Origin: an uncultured Methanosarcinaceae archaeon
GTDB lineage: Archaea; Halobacteriota; Methanosarcinia; Methanosarcinales; Methanosarcinaceae
DNA length: 64,000 bases
Assembly: GCA_963833425.1 (NCBI GenBank)
Contig: CAWHXP010000008.1
Coordinates: 574,526-638,525 of the forward strand
Reading direction: 5' to 3'
Each line of letters starts with the position of its first letter. Position 1 is the stretch's first letter. The notes beneath the pieces are model-generated. The model saw only the letters and a list, made by a program, of their open reading frames with translations. It ran no database searches and was not told the DNA's origin. This document shows, in pieces, positions 10,790 to 22,469 of this stretch. A program made the position numbers and the translations under genes.

Positions 10790-12310
10790 TCAGCCAATAT
10801 GGATATAAGCATCCACAAGTTTTTTGATTTCTTCGTTCTTGCCGTAAAGCCTCTCGCTGAGCTGGTAGTCATCAAAGACTTCAAGTCCCTTCACAACGTC
10901 GCTGATCATGCCTTCGGTGAAAACATCGTACTGCGTGAAAATGCTTTTCTGTTTCTTCAGTGCCTGAGCGGACTCGTAACAGGAAGCAGGAAGGTGTTCA
11001 AGCTGTGCAAGCCTATCCTTATGTTCATCATTAAAGATATTCACGTCGATATAAAGCTTGTCTGCAAGTTCCAGGGCGTTGTTAATCTCAAATCCATGGC
11101 GAACACCTACAGCAAAAGCTGCAAACAATAGATAGAGATCAGCTGTGCTGTCTGAAGCACGGTATTCGAAGGTCGACTTGTAACTGTGGCTCTTTAGATC
11201 CTCTTTATAACTCGGATTGGCGATAGTTACCATTTTGCTGGACTCGTCGGAGAACCAGCCAAGAGGTACACGGATTAGAGCAGAACGATTTCTGTCTCCC
11301 CAACAGATGTTGGTAGGAGCTTCCTGGTGTGGAACAAGACGCAAATAGGAAGTTGGGATCTTGTTTCCAAAAGCAGTTATGGCTGCTGAAATGTCTAGAA
11401 GACCGACCATTGCGCGCTTCGCAATGTCACTAACATCTCCGTTCTCGACCATTACGCTCTTCCCGTCTTTCAGAAGCTTCATATGGATGTGCAGCCCGCT
11501 ACCTGCTTTCCCTACAGTGATCTTCGGTGCAAAGCTGACAACGACTCCGTATTGATCGGCAAGCATCCGGAGCATCCATTTCGCAATAAGAAGCTTGTCG
11601 GCACTGTTTTCTAAAGTATCTGTTTCGAATTCGATTTCATTCTGCTCGTAATAGTACTTGTCGTCAGAGAAGTTCCCGACTTCAGAGTGTCCGTACTTGA
11701 TTTTCCCGCCAGCTTCGGAGATGTACATCATTGCTTCCTTCCTAAGCTGATCGAATTTAGTGAATGGATTACATTCATGGTATCCCCTCTGGTCAACCGC
11801 TGGGAAACTCATGTTGACTTCATCTTTGTTAGCGATGATGTAGTATTCAAGTTCTCCCATCAACTGAAGTTCATAGCCTGTCTTCTGAGCCAGGGTCTGA
11901 GCAGCCTTCTTCATGACTGTTTCAGAAGCGCTTTTTAGGGGGGTACCATCTTTGTCGAAGTATGAACAGAGAATGTCCAGGGTGGGAATTTCTTCAAAAG
12001 GATTTACGAAAGCTGTCCTATACTTAGGGAGGACGTAAAGGTCGCTTGAAGACGCCTCAATATATGTAAAAATGCTTGATCCATCTACTCTTTCCCCAGC
12101 GGAAAGCAAGTTGTCAAGATGTTCTTCGTCTCTTATAACGAATGCGAGGGATTTAAGCCTCCCATCCCCACCAACATAACGAAAAGTCAGCATCTTAATG
12201 CCGTTTTCCTTGATAAACTTCATGATGTCTTCTTTGGTGAATTCGCTTGCTGGTTTGTTGAGGTACTGTACCAGTTTGTTCGGATTCAGTTCTACACTTG
12301 ATGGTTTCAT
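10790..12310 (-). CDS. glnA: Glutamine synthetase family protein (506 aa, GlnA2-like)
   Basis: VDGSSI, ELEYY, GHSEVG, GSGLHIH, HQEAPTNICWGDRNRSALIRVP, FEYR. Confidence 0.92.
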   Translation of the reverse strand: MKPSSVELNPNKLVQYLNKPASEFTKEDIMKFIKENGIKMLTFRYVGGDGRLKSLAFVIRDEEHLDNLLSAGERVDGSSIFTYIEASSSDLYVLPKYRTAFVNPFEEIPTLDILCSYFDKDGTPLKSASETVMKKAAQTLAQKTGYELQLMGELEYYIIANKDEVNMSFPAVDQRGYHECNPFTKFDQLRKEAMMYISEAGGKIKYGHSEVGNFSDDKYYYEQNEIEFETDTLENSADKLLIAKWMLRMLADQYGVVVSFAPKITVGKAGSGLHIHMKLLKDGKSVMVENGDVSDIAKRAMVGLLDISAAITAFGNKIPTSYLRLVPHQEAPTNICWGDRNRSALIRVPLGWFSDESSKMVTIANPSYKEDLKSHSYKSTFEYRASDSTADLYLLFAAFAVGVRHGFEINNALELADKLYIDVNIFNDEHKDRLAQLEHLPASCYESAQALKKQKSIFTQYDVFTEGMISDVVKGLEVFDDYQLSERLYGKNEEIKKLVDAYIHIG

Positions 12311-13879
12311 AGTTGTCCCTTCTTTTTAACTGGAATATTATAGGTACTCAGAGAATTTCCTTTAAATACCGAATATTCCCAGGCTTGCTGATTGCCACAT
12401 TATCATAATTTTGTGAATTCTTGCCTGATAGGAAAGTGATAACTCACTGCTATCTATATAATCTTTTCCTTTTTTTATTCATTTAAACAAATATTGTGAA
12501 TCAAAAAGCAGCACATGTTTTTTTAGCACATGCTTTTCTGCTCATGGCATCGGAATATGCAAATAAGCATTTTTTTCAATAAAAAATTTGCTAATTTTTC
12601 CCATACGAGGATTTCGACTGAATATATTATTCTCACGAGGCATTTGTCAATAATTAAGGCATACAACAAAAATTTAAGCACATAACAAGATGTGAGGCTC
12701 ATTAAAATTTAAATGGAATTCTTGAGCTATTTGACTTATAGGGTGTTTTTTCAACTTGAAATCATATTTCCAGCCCTGAATACAACTAAAAATTCCGTCA
12801 TTAATACAGAGTCTTTCGATGGACTGTATTTAGATACTGGTGAAGTTAAATGGATAAAGGAATTGCGGCACTCAAACAAGAAAGTGAATATGATCTTTTG
12901 AGCATTTCATATATTCTTAAAATAACAGGTGAAGATAAGTTACCATCACCGACAATTGGGTCAAACCCGTGGTTTTAAATATCTCAACCATGATAAAAAA
13001 GGATTAATCTTTGAAAATAAATTGTGGGAACGTCGTGATTCTGAATTGCTCAAAAATGGAGCCCTTGAATTAAAGTATTTTTTAAATGTTTGCTATTCTG
13101 GCGGATTTTCTCCAAAACTTTAGGAAAGTATAACGTTTTTATTTAACTGAATATCTAGCTCATTGCAAATGGTACATAAAAACAAGCGCTCATTCTACAA
13201 AAATCAATATTAAGTCTTGCACAAGCGCGATAATGAAGTAGGGGGAAAAAAATCCTTTGATGGAACAAAACTGAAACGAGTAGAAAGTATGTTCAGAATA
13301 TCCCTAGCTCTTTGGCCATATTTAACTACTCTGTAGAAGCAGCAGTTACTGCATCAAAGCTAGATTCCTCCGAAGCAGCAATTCGGGATATTTATCTCTA
13401 TATCCAAGAAAACCTTATGGTTCCCATTTTTAACTAGGAATAGCAAACCGCTTTCATATCTCAAATTTCATACATTTAAAAAAAGAACTTTTTTTACAGC
13501 TGAAAAGGTAATGGCACAATTGTTTCGAAGAATGAAAAACTCAGATACAGAAATCTTGGAACACTTTTACCTAAGTGGGATGTAAGAGTCCATCATCCCA
13601 ATTTAGATAGGGGTTCCAGTTTGTTAGATTACATCTAGATCACATTCAGAAAGTTGAAAAATTTATCCTAAAAAATAAAAAAATAGTTATTTTCTCTATT
13701 TTACTTTCCAGTTCCCTCGTTCAATCCGTATTATTTCAACAAATTTCTTGGTTTTTGAATACATACTTGACAGTGCCACAGTCTAGTCATCCAGAAAAAA
13801 ATATCAATAACTCCAAATGACTGAAAAGAAGAAATCGAAGGACAGTTGCAATGCTAACTTAGTTGTCTCGGTTTAAAAA

Positions 13880-14330
13880 ATAAAAAAGGAAATTATTAGG
13901 ACGCTACTTTTATCCATTCAAATCCTTAACATACAAAAACTGATAAACCTCGAGAAAATAAGGCATAACAAGGATAATTAGAGATAATTATAGACAGAAA
14001 CTTAGAGAAAAAAGATACAGAAACTTAGAGAAAAAAAGTAGTGAGTCGTACTTTTGATATAAACTTCATGGGAATAATTGACGGAGATAATGAGATGGTT
14101 CGAAGATTCAAAACAACAATTTAATCACGTCATGATTCTTAGATCAAGTTATCAGAAAAAATGAAGTAATTCACAGAGGCATAGGTACTAAGCAAAATCA
14201 AAATTTAATGACTTAATGCTAAAAAGGGCAGAAAACGATAATGCTAAAAAGGACAATAAACGAACATTTTCTTGCGATAGGGAATATTTTAATGATAGTG
14301 AAAGGTAGCTTTAAAATCAGAGAATAATTA
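13880..14330 (+). mobile_element. Highly degraded IS5-family remnant containing small tandem duplications
   Basis: DATFIHS, YKLH.IIDGDNEMVRRFKTT and HDS segments match the 44071-45202 element; 23-bp duplication at 13994-14038. Confidence 0.6.
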
Positions 14331-14789
14331 ACCATAAACGAAAAAAATCAGGACAACTATAAAAATTAGCGGTAAAGATTTGTACAGTGTTCAGTCGAAG
14401 AAAAATAGAACTCTTCGGTTCATTATAAATGATTTAACTAAACTCCTTAATTTCGTAATATGCTTGCAAATTATTTATAAATAAATTAATAAAGTTAGTG
14501 CCTATCTGAATATTTTATAAAGTGATACTCTAATTGCCGATAATGAGAAACCTGAAACTAAGAAATTATTAGAAATATAATTTTATAAAAGTAAACTAGA
14601 TGCCAAACCAATCGTTATCTAAAATAGTAAATGATAAAATCGCACGATTCAAATATATGTACTAATATTGGTAATTTTTGACAGAATTGCCTTTATCTAT
14701 GAAAAAATTTGTGAATGATCGTTAGTAAATGTTTGATTAAAGTTGATTATTCAGATTTATTCAAGACTCTACTTATGGAAGTTGGAAGT

Positions 14790-15983
14790 ATGAACAATAA
14801 AATAATTGCATTTGATTTCCTTAGGGCTTTAGCAATAATTATGATTATTCCAGCTCATCTGAGCAACTTCTTATTTTCTATTTATAGTAAGCTAGGACTT
14901 TATGCCTTTGATCCATATTTCGCAAATATGGGTTTAGGGTTATTTATTTTTATTAGTGGATATTTGTTATATTATAACAATCATTCTATAAATTCATTAC
15001 AAAATTTATTATCCTTCTATAAAAAAAGACTTTTAAGAATTTATCCTCTTTACTGGGCAGCTCTCGCAGCTTATATAGTTGTGTTCTTGGTATTTGCTCA
15101 AAAACTAAATACTGGTTTTGTATTTCCCCATGCCCATAGTGCATTTGGTTATTTTAATATTTTGATACATATTTTGGGATTACAAATTTTTCTCGCTCCA
15201 GCTTACGCTTCTCCAATGTTAACCTTATATTTTATCGGTCTAATTATTGCATTCTACACACTTTATCCCTTCATGATTATGTTTTCAAAAGATACAAAAT
15301 ATATTCTACTTACTTCATTTATTATATTTGTAGTTTTTTTATCAATCTCAAGGACTTTCAGCGTCATAGATCATCGTTTTTTTATGTTTTTCTCAATATT
15401 TGTGTTTGGTATCCTCACCTGTAAAGAGAGCCTATTTGAAAAATTCGAGATAAAAATCGTGACAAAACCCTTTATTCAGATCATACTGGCAGTTCTTCCG
15501 GTTATATTTGTATTGATTATTGTTTTAGAGTCAAGATTGCTATTGTTTTTAGATCCAAAAGTTTATTTTGCAATTGACTCCGTAGGCAGCGGTACAATAG
15601 GATCTTCAATGATCAAATCGATGTTGAATAATTGGGCAGATTTATTAAATCTGAACTACTCAACGTTACAATTCATCATTGATACATTATTTCTAAATAT
15701 TTTTGTAATAATCTTCTGTATCTTTGAATACAGGTTTACAATGAAATTTATCAATGATAAATTTTCAAGTTCGTTGAGCTCTATCTTTACTTATATGGCT
15801 ACATCCTCTTATTGTGTTTACCTATTCCACCGGCCATTTTTTGCTCTGTGGAATTCCGGAACAAACTTCATACACAATTCTATTTTGCACGATATTGTCA
15901 TAATATTTGTAGCGCTACCTCTCCTTTTTTATGTTTCATATAATATACAAATATTTGAATCAAATTTAAGAAAATATTTCTAA
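14790..15983 (+). CDS. Acyltransferase_3 family membrane O-acyltransferase
   Basis: AFDFLRALAI, FIFISGYLL, FYKKRLLRIYPLYW, SYCVYLFHRP; many hydrophobic helices. Confidence 0.88.
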   Translation: MNNKIIAFDFLRALAIIMIIPAHLSNFLFSIYSKLGLYAFDPYFANMGLGLFIFISGYLLYYNNHSINSLQNLLSFYKKRLLRIYPLYWAALAAYIVVFLVFAQKLNTGFVFPHAHSAFGYFNILIHILGLQIFLAPAYASPMLTLYFIGLIIAFYTLYPFMIMFSKDTKYILLTSFIIFVVFLSISRTFSVIDHRFFMFFSIFVFGILTCKESLFEKFEIKIVTKPFIQIILAVLPVIFVLIIVLESRLLLFLDPKVYFAIDSVGSGTIGSSMIKSMLNNWADLLNLNYSTLQFIIDTLFLNIFVIIFCIFEYRFTMKFINDKFSSSLSSIFTYMATSSYCVYLFHRPFFALWNSGTNFIHNSILHDIVIIFVALPLLFYVSYNIQIFESNLRKYF

Positions 15984-16609
15984 TATAAAAAAATTACTGG
16001 CAGAGACATTTTCTTCAGCGGTTCCACTAATAGCGAGGCAAGAAGGCAACAATTCAAATTAGTTTAACGTGGTCAACTCAATAATTAGCCAGAACTTACT
16101 CAAAATATAAATATTATAATTTTTGCATCTGCTCCATTCTTCTGTTTTAATTTCACAATTCAAACCATATCTTTTTTTAATTTTCAATATCGGTTCTTAG
16201 CCACTTAGAATGAGTAATTTATTATCCTTAGCTTGATAGTAAAAACGTTATCCGAAATGTAAACCTGTTCTTCTCGTTAAAAAAATCATTTTAAAGCATT
16301 CAAAAATTTAATCAAAAATTTATATAAATTTGTCGCTTTCCACCCTTCATACAAAAAAAAAAAATATTAGTAGCAAATTTGGTTCTATTTTAGAATTTTT
16401 GTTGCCAAATTTTTCACACGATATTAAGTATCTTTTCGGCATCCACATCAACTGCCAAATTCAGTATCAAAAATCCGATCAGAATTAGTAGCTATTCATA
16501 CTGAGCTAAACAAAAATTATAGCTTCCTTTACTAGAATTCATTGAGCAAATTTTTAGGTTTCATTTTATATAATTGTCGGTTATTTATTATGTATTTATT
16601 CCGTTCAAC

Positions 16610-17210
16610 ATCAAGCGGATTGTACCTGGATGAAAACTTCCATATGAATTATAATTGACTAACTTATTGATATTTTCACCTACTTTTGCACTATAAAACG
16701 GGACTACGTAAAGACTGGACTACCTAATGCAAATTATTTTGTCTACAAAATAAGAGATTATACAGTTTTTGTGTATGAAGTACAATATTAAATTTTTTCA
16801 GGCAATTCTGTCCCCGACTATTTGAGAAATATCTGATTTGAAATTGGTAAAAGTTTTTGTTTTGGGTTTGATACACTAGGTACTGATTGTTAGAATACAC
16901 ACCTTTTCATCGATGGTTACTCAATATTCTTCTCGAAGATTATATAAATTATAAAATATATCATATAAAAAAGTCTTTGAAAAATACTCGCATTAAAAAT
17001 CATTTAGTATGGTGAAATGGTTGTTTGATGAAGTTATAGTGGAACTGGGATGATGGTGCGATTTTCAGTGTAATTAAAAAACTTTGTTGAAGCAGGGGAA
17101 TCAATGAGAAAATGAAGTACATAAGCAAGTTAAAATATTTATTTGTGAATAATTCCTTTGCGTCCAAGCTGTGGCTCTAACATACCAAATTGCTTGCAGC
17201 AGGGTACAAC
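16610..17210 (+). mobile_element. Degraded IS200-like (tnpA) element
   Basis: Colinear similarity to 47826-48412 (GGATGAAAACTTCC; GCAAATTATTTTGTCTACAAAAT; EIGKSFCFGFDTLGTD; terminal ATACC...GCTTGCAGCAGGGTA). Confidence 0.55.
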
Positions 17211-17532
17211 GAAACAACAGTTAGCCTCTTCTGAATTGTATAAATGGTTTCTAAATTGACGAGATTACGAAATATTAGGGTAGATTTTACATTTTTATAA
17301 TATAAGAACATTGTTTTAGATTTATTCGAAAAAGCTATTGAAAAGCTCCAACCGTTTTTGTACAGATATCTACATGGTACAATCTATTTTATCAACACGA
17401 AAGTAATTTAGAAATTGATCTAACTTTAGACTGATAATAGCGAGTAAATCGGCAACAAATTCTATGAATATGTACATCTTTGAATATGTACATCTTTGGA
17501 ATGTCAGATTAAAGCATTTATGGAGAATAGTA

Positions 17533-18318
17533 ATGAATAACCCACTGCAAAAAATAAGAGAAACAAAACCGCTGATACATCATATTACTAACTGGGTTAC
17601 CATTTATGATTGCGCAAATATAACAAGAGCTTGGGGGGCACTTCCTATGATGGCGCATTCCCCCGAGGAATGCATAGATATGACAGCGATTTCATCTGCG
17701 CTTGTAATTAACATCGGAACTTTGACATCTGGAATCATTGATGCAATGATACTCTCGGCTTCTTCTGCAAATGAAAAGAAAATTCCTATAATATTTGATG
17801 CAGTCGGCGTTGGCTCAACTAAATTTAGAGATGAAATGGCTGCAAAAATTCTTGATTCCGTCCACATCGATATTATTAAAGGTAACTACTCTGAAGTTGC
17901 AAAATTGGCAGGTGAAATCACTGAAACAAGAGGTGTGGAATCAACTCCCATCAACGTTGATCCTGAAAAAGTAGCAAAAGAACTTGCAAAATCAAAATCC
18001 TCTATTGTAGTGATGACAGGAAAAGAAGATATAATAAGTGATGGGGAAAATATATATATTATACGGAATGGAAACAATCTAATGGGGTCAATTGTTGGTA
18101 CTGGATGTATGGCCGCATCAGTAATAGGTGTATTTGCTTCGATTAATCCCAATTATTACGATGCATCTAAAGACGCTTTATGCTACTTTGGAGTTGCAGG
18201 AGAACTCGCAGCTGAGAAATCAAATGGACCTGGAAGTTTTATTGTCAATTTGTACGACATAGTTTTCAATCTTTCAGATGAGAAAGTAAAAAATATGATG
18301 GATTTTGAAGAAAAGTAA
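17533..18318 (+). CDS. thiM: Hydroxyethylthiazole kinase
   Basis: [39 protein letters not shown]. Confidence 0.95.
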   Translation: MNNPLQKIRETKPLIHHITNWVTIYDCANITRAWGALPMMAHSPEECIDMTAISSALVINIGTLTSGIIDAMILSASSANEKKIPIIFDAVGVGSTKFRDEMAAKILDSVHIDIIKGNYSEVAKLAGEITETRGVESTPINVDPEKVAKELAKSKSSIVVMTGKEDIISDGENIYIIRNGNNLMGSIVGTGCMAASVIGVFASINPNYYDASKDALCYFGVAGELAAEKSNGPGSFIVNLYDIVFNLSDEKVKNMMDFEEK

Positions 18319-18382
18319 GTTTAGACGAAGAAACTCTTCAATCTACTATGCGATTAGAAAAAAATTCGAGGCTTTCATTATC

Positions 18383-18552
18383 GGGATCGCTGAAACTCCC
18401 TCAACTCTACTTGCAAACGATACAGAGGGTTCAATAAACATATGATTTAACGAGTTAATTACGTACCATTTGTAAGCAAACTACGAAATATGAATTTAAT
18501 GAAATCCTTGAATCATGCGCCAGTAGAATTAATGGTAAGTTTTAGCGATCCC
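18383..18552. mobile_element. 170-bp MITE between thiM and thiE
   Basis: Terminal inverted repeats GGGATCGCTGAAACT / AGTTTTAGCGATCCC (14/15 match); non-coding interior. Confidence 0.75.
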
Positions 18553-18633
18553 CAAAAATCTCAAAAATTCTAATAAAAAGAAATTTAGGAAAACATGGTT
18601 TTAAAAAATATATTCTGATGGAAACAGAAAGCT

Positions 18634-19341
18634 ATGGAAAAAGGGAATCCAAAACAGAAAAAAAAATTCTTAAAATATATTGACTTTTATCTTGTGACAG
18701 ATTCCAGACTCTCAAAGAAAGGAACTTTATCTGACGTCAAGGAAGCAGTTGAGGCAGGATGTCAGATTATTCAGTACCGAGAAAAAAATAAGAGTGAAAA
18801 AAAAATGATCTCTGAAGCATCCGAAATCAAGAGAATATGCAAGAACAAAGCAAAATTTTTGGTTAATGATAGGATTGATATCGCTTTAGCAGTTGATGCA
18901 GATGGCGTACATTTAGGTCAAAACGATATGCCAATTGAAATTGCGAGAAAGCTTATGGGCGACGATAAGATAATTGGTCTTACTGTCCATAATGTTGATG
19001 AAGCAATAGAGGCAGAAAATAAGGGAGCTGATTACATTGGTCTGGGTCCTATATTTGACACTTCTACCAAAAAAGACGCTGGAGGGGGAATTGGTCCTAA
19101 TAAAATAAGAGAAATCAAAAATTCAATAAGAATCCCTGTAGTTGCTATTGGTGGAATAAACATGGAGAACTGCGAGAGCGTTATTCGGAATGGAGCTGAC
19201 TGCTTAGCTGCAATCAATGCAGTGGTATGTAGCGATGATGTAAAAAGTGAAACTAAAAAATTTATAGATAACATCCGGAGAATAAAAATCTCGCGGGATC
19301 ATTCAATTGAACGGATAAACCCAAACAGTGAAGTTATTTAA
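18634..19341 (+). CDS. thiE: Thiamine-phosphate synthase
   Basis: [44 protein letters not shown]. Confidence 0.95.
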   Translation: MEKGNPKQKKKFLKYIDFYLVTDSRLSKKGTLSDVKEAVEAGCQIIQYREKNKSEKKMISEASEIKRICKNKAKFLVNDRIDIALAVDADGVHLGQNDMPIEIARKLMGDDKIIGLTVHNVDEAIEAENKGADYIGLGPIFDTSTKKDAGGGIGPNKIREIKNSIRIPVVAIGGINMENCESVIRNGADCLAAINAVVCSDDVKSETKKFIDNIRRIKISRDHSIERINPNSEVI

Positions 19342-19354
19342 ACACTCCTTGAAC

Positions 19355-20209
19355 GGTTCCGTTGCAAAAAATTCAAAAAAATATGTAAATCTATAAGTGA
19401 TGAATAAAAATCAGAATATTCAAGGAAAATGCACTAACATTATAAAACTATGTCAAACAATCGATTATTGTATTTGACTTCATTAAGAACAGAGTAATTT
19501 AAATTATTGACTTGTCTCTTTTTAATCATATTCATAGCTTCAATTCCTTTTAAAGTCTTATTAGCAGATCGAAAAGACTGAAATCCTAACATTGGATTAA
19601 CGATTCGCTTTATAGATCTGTGACCTTGTTCTATAATGTTATTCAAATACTTGATTTGTCGAATGCCTACGTTCTTAAGTAGTATTTTATCAATTTTTAG
19701 TTTATCTATAGCATGTGGATAAGCTGGATTCTTATCAACGGTTGTTAATCTTGGAATTTGATTATGATTAGAACTTAAAGCTTTCTTAAAGAATCTCTTC
19801 GCTGCCTTTCTATCTCATTTTGAACTTAACATGAAATCAATTGTATCTCCATTTGAGTCAACTGCTCGGTAAAAATATTCCCATTTATCTTTTACTTTGA
19901 TATAGGTTTCATCAACTCTCCACGAATCATTTATTGGTCTTAAATGTCTTCTTATCTTCTTTTCTATTTCAGGGGAATATTGATGTACCCATCTCATGAT
20001 TGTTGTATGGTCGACTTTTATTCCCCTTTCTGCCATCATTTCCTTTAAATTTCTATAACTTAATGCATATTTTAAGTACCATCTTACATTTAATAGGATA
20101 ATTTCCCCTTCATAATGCTTCCATTTAAAGGAATTAGATAGCATGTTACTATCTTTGGTTTTCTTTTTATTCAATTGTATTAGTAGAAAGGATTTTTTGC
20201 GATGGAACC
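19355..20209 (-). mobile_element. IS6-family element (855 bp); transposase 19440-20144 interrupted by one in-frame TGA at 19817-19815
   Basis: TIRs GGTTCCGTTGCAAAAAAT / ATTTTTTGCGATGGAACC; motifs VDHTTIMRWV, WRVDETYIKV, YRAVDS, TVDKNPAY, NNIIEQGHR. Confidence 0.92.
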
Positions 20210-20245
20210 CCAATTCTTGATATACTCTGGAACGAATTAAATTAC

Positions 20246-21211
20246 ATGAATCTGGAGAAAACCGCAGGAGAAAGTGATTGCACGGGACGAATATACTCCG
20301 ATATAACAGAGACAATAGGTAACACACCGCTTGTCCGGTTGAACCACATGACAAAAGGTCTACATGCTGATGTGGTGGTTAAACTTGAGTCTTTTAACCC
20401 ACTGGGGAGTGTAAAGGATAGGATTGGATTGGCAATGATCAAGGGAGCCGAATGCGATGGTAAAATTAAATCTGGCACTATAATAGTTGAAGCAACTAGC
20501 GGTAACACTGGGATAGCGCTTGCAGGCGTATGCGCTGCCCGTGGCTATAAGCTTATACTGGTCATGCCTGAGACAATGACCATCGAAAGAAGAAAACTGT
20601 TGCAAGCTATGGGGGCAGATATCATCCTGACACCCGGGAGAGAAGGAATGAAAGGTGCCGTCAGTACAGCAGAGCAAATAGCTGCAGAAGATCCGATGCT
20701 TTATTTCATGCCCAAGCAATTTCAAAATCCTGAAAACCCTGAAATCCATCGCAGAACGACTGCCGAAGAAATATGGAAAGATACTGACGGCAAGGTGGAT
20801 GTGCTTGTAGCAGGTGTAGGAACAGGCGGAACGATTACAGGCGTCGCAGGCGTCATCAAAAAAAGGAAACCTACTTTCAAGGTAGTTGCAGTCGAACCTG
20901 CAGAGTCTCCAGTTCTCAGCGGAGGAAGTCCGGGATTCCATAGGATCCAAGGCATTGGTTCAGGGTTCATTCCGGCTGTACTTCGGCTTGACTTGGTTGA
21001 TGAAATAATTAAGGTAACTGGAGACGATGCAGCTGCTACGGCCAAAAAATTAGCAAGAAACGAAGGCATACTTGCAGGCATATCTTCAGGTGCAGCTACA
21101 TATGCGGCACTGCAAGTTGCTTCCAGAGAAAAAATGAGTGGGAAAATGATTGTTGTAATCTTGCCAGATACGGGAGAACGTTATCTGAGTACCAATCTAT
21201 TTGACGATTGA
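20246..21211 (+). CDS. cysK: Cysteine synthase A (O-acetylserine sulfhydrylase)
   Basis: [11 protein letters not shown] (PLP lysine), [30 protein letters not shown]. Confidence 0.97.
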   Translation: MNLEKTAGESDCTGRIYSDITETIGNTPLVRLNHMTKGLHADVVVKLESFNPLGSVKDRIGLAMIKGAECDGKIKSGTIIVEATSGNTGIALAGVCAARGYKLILVMPETMTIERRKLLQAMGADIILTPGREGMKGAVSTAEQIAAEDPMLYFMPKQFQNPENPEIHRRTTAEEIWKDTDGKVDVLVAGVGTGGTITGVAGVIKKRKPTFKVVAVEPAESPVLSGGSPGFHRIQGIGSGFIPAVLRLDLVDEIIKVTGDDAAATAKKLARNEGILAGISSGAATYAALQVASREKMSGKMIVVILPDTGERYLSTNLFDD

Positions 21212-21226
21212 CATTTGGAGATTTCA

Positions 21227-22160
21227 AATGGGAATCAGGAAGATACAAGGACAGTTTTTGAAAAAGATCCTGCAGCAAGGTCTACTTTGAAGGTGATGTG
21301 TTGTTATCCAATGATGTGTGATGGCTGAATTAATCTATTATCTCACTTTACCTGGGGAAAACACTTTTTTCTTGCGCGTTAACTATAACATTTTCCAGAA
21401 CGCTTACAGAGATTCATCCAGGAGCAAAGCTAGGAAAGCGGGCGTTTATTATTATGGATATGGAGGGGTAATTGGAGAAACTGATGGAGTAGACGATGAT
21501 GTTCTCATATACATGGGGGTACTTGGTGGAACAGTTCCTGATAGAATAAAGCGTTATTCTACTGTTGAAAACGACGTGGTTCTAGGTTCAGTCGTAATAG
21601 TACTTGGGCAAATTACTATCGGAAAGGTGCTAAAGTAGGTGCATGCTAGATTGTGATCCGATCAGTTCCTCCAGAAGCTACATTTGTGGGAATACCGGCC
21701 AGAGTTGCAGAGCCACAGTTTCTATATCTGCAGGTCAACTGAATCGCGATAAGTTACCTGATCCAGTGCTTTCTTTAGCAAGCCCGATGCCTGACAGGTT
21801 AAACCGGCTAGAAGAACAGGCTCATGCACCAAATTATACACTTTGCACAGAATACCTTTACAAAAACAGTTCCAAAAAAAGATGAACAAATTTAACCATG
21901 CTGAAACAAGTAATCTACCTGAGGTCTGAATAAATATTGCCAGATGGGTATGGCTAAAAAAGTAATTGTGGATGGAGCAAATGTAGACGTAAACCTTGTG
22001 TTGACAACAAATATTTGTCCTATGGTTAAATTTCTCAAGGACCAAGCAAAGCGAAAAGTTCTGATCGTTTTCGGAATATAAAAAGTTAATGTCTACATTC
22101 TTGATGAACCCTGGAACTGGGATCGATTCAAAGAACAAGCACCAGATCAACAGTCCACAT
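21227..22160 (+). pseudogene. cysE: Serine O-acetyltransferase with a C-terminal DUF59-like domain, heavily disrupted
   Basis: [38 protein letters not shown], then VIVDGANVDVNLVLTTNICPM...LDEPWNWDRF; many frameshifts and stops. Confidence 0.85.
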
Positions 22161-22252
22161 GAAAATGTAAGTCAGAATTATTCCGTGCCAGACTAGAATC
22201 AATATAGATTTCGATAGTTTAAATTTCATCATATTTTATAAAAGGAATCTAA

Positions 22253-22289
22253 ACGACTTGTGAAAAATCAGTGGTTTTTCACAAGTCGT
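22253..22289. repeat. Perfect 15-bp inverted repeat with a 7-nt loop
   Basis: ACGACTTGTGAAAAA-TCAGTGG-TTTTTCACAAGTCGT. Confidence 0.85.
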
Positions 22290-22469
22290 AATATAATTTA
22301 TACAGCAAATTACCAATGCTGCCATACTATCAGTATCCACATTAGTACGATATCGTCGATTGTATTTATCTATCGATGTCGTGACTGGTCAGGAATTAAA
22401 CTTGTTGCAGCATTGCCCACATAATAAGATATTGAAATAGCTGGGAATCAGTGATAGAATCTTCAATTT

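Noticed and set aside
12311..12480. NrpR operator (GGAA-N6-TTCC) upstream of glnA
   Set aside because: No clean match found.
17210..17532. TPP riboswitch upstream of thiM
   Set aside because: No recognisable TPP aptamer core seen by eye; a covariance-model search would be needed.
19815..19817. In-frame TGA in the IS6 transposase as selenocysteine or readthrough
   Set aside because: The position corresponds to a usual Arg (CGA>TGA is likely); no supporting context.
20360..21081. Long minus-strand ORFs inside cysK (and similar ones within glnA, thiM, atwA and the marker genes)
   Set aside because: Antisense overlaps of well-supported genes with no independent signals.
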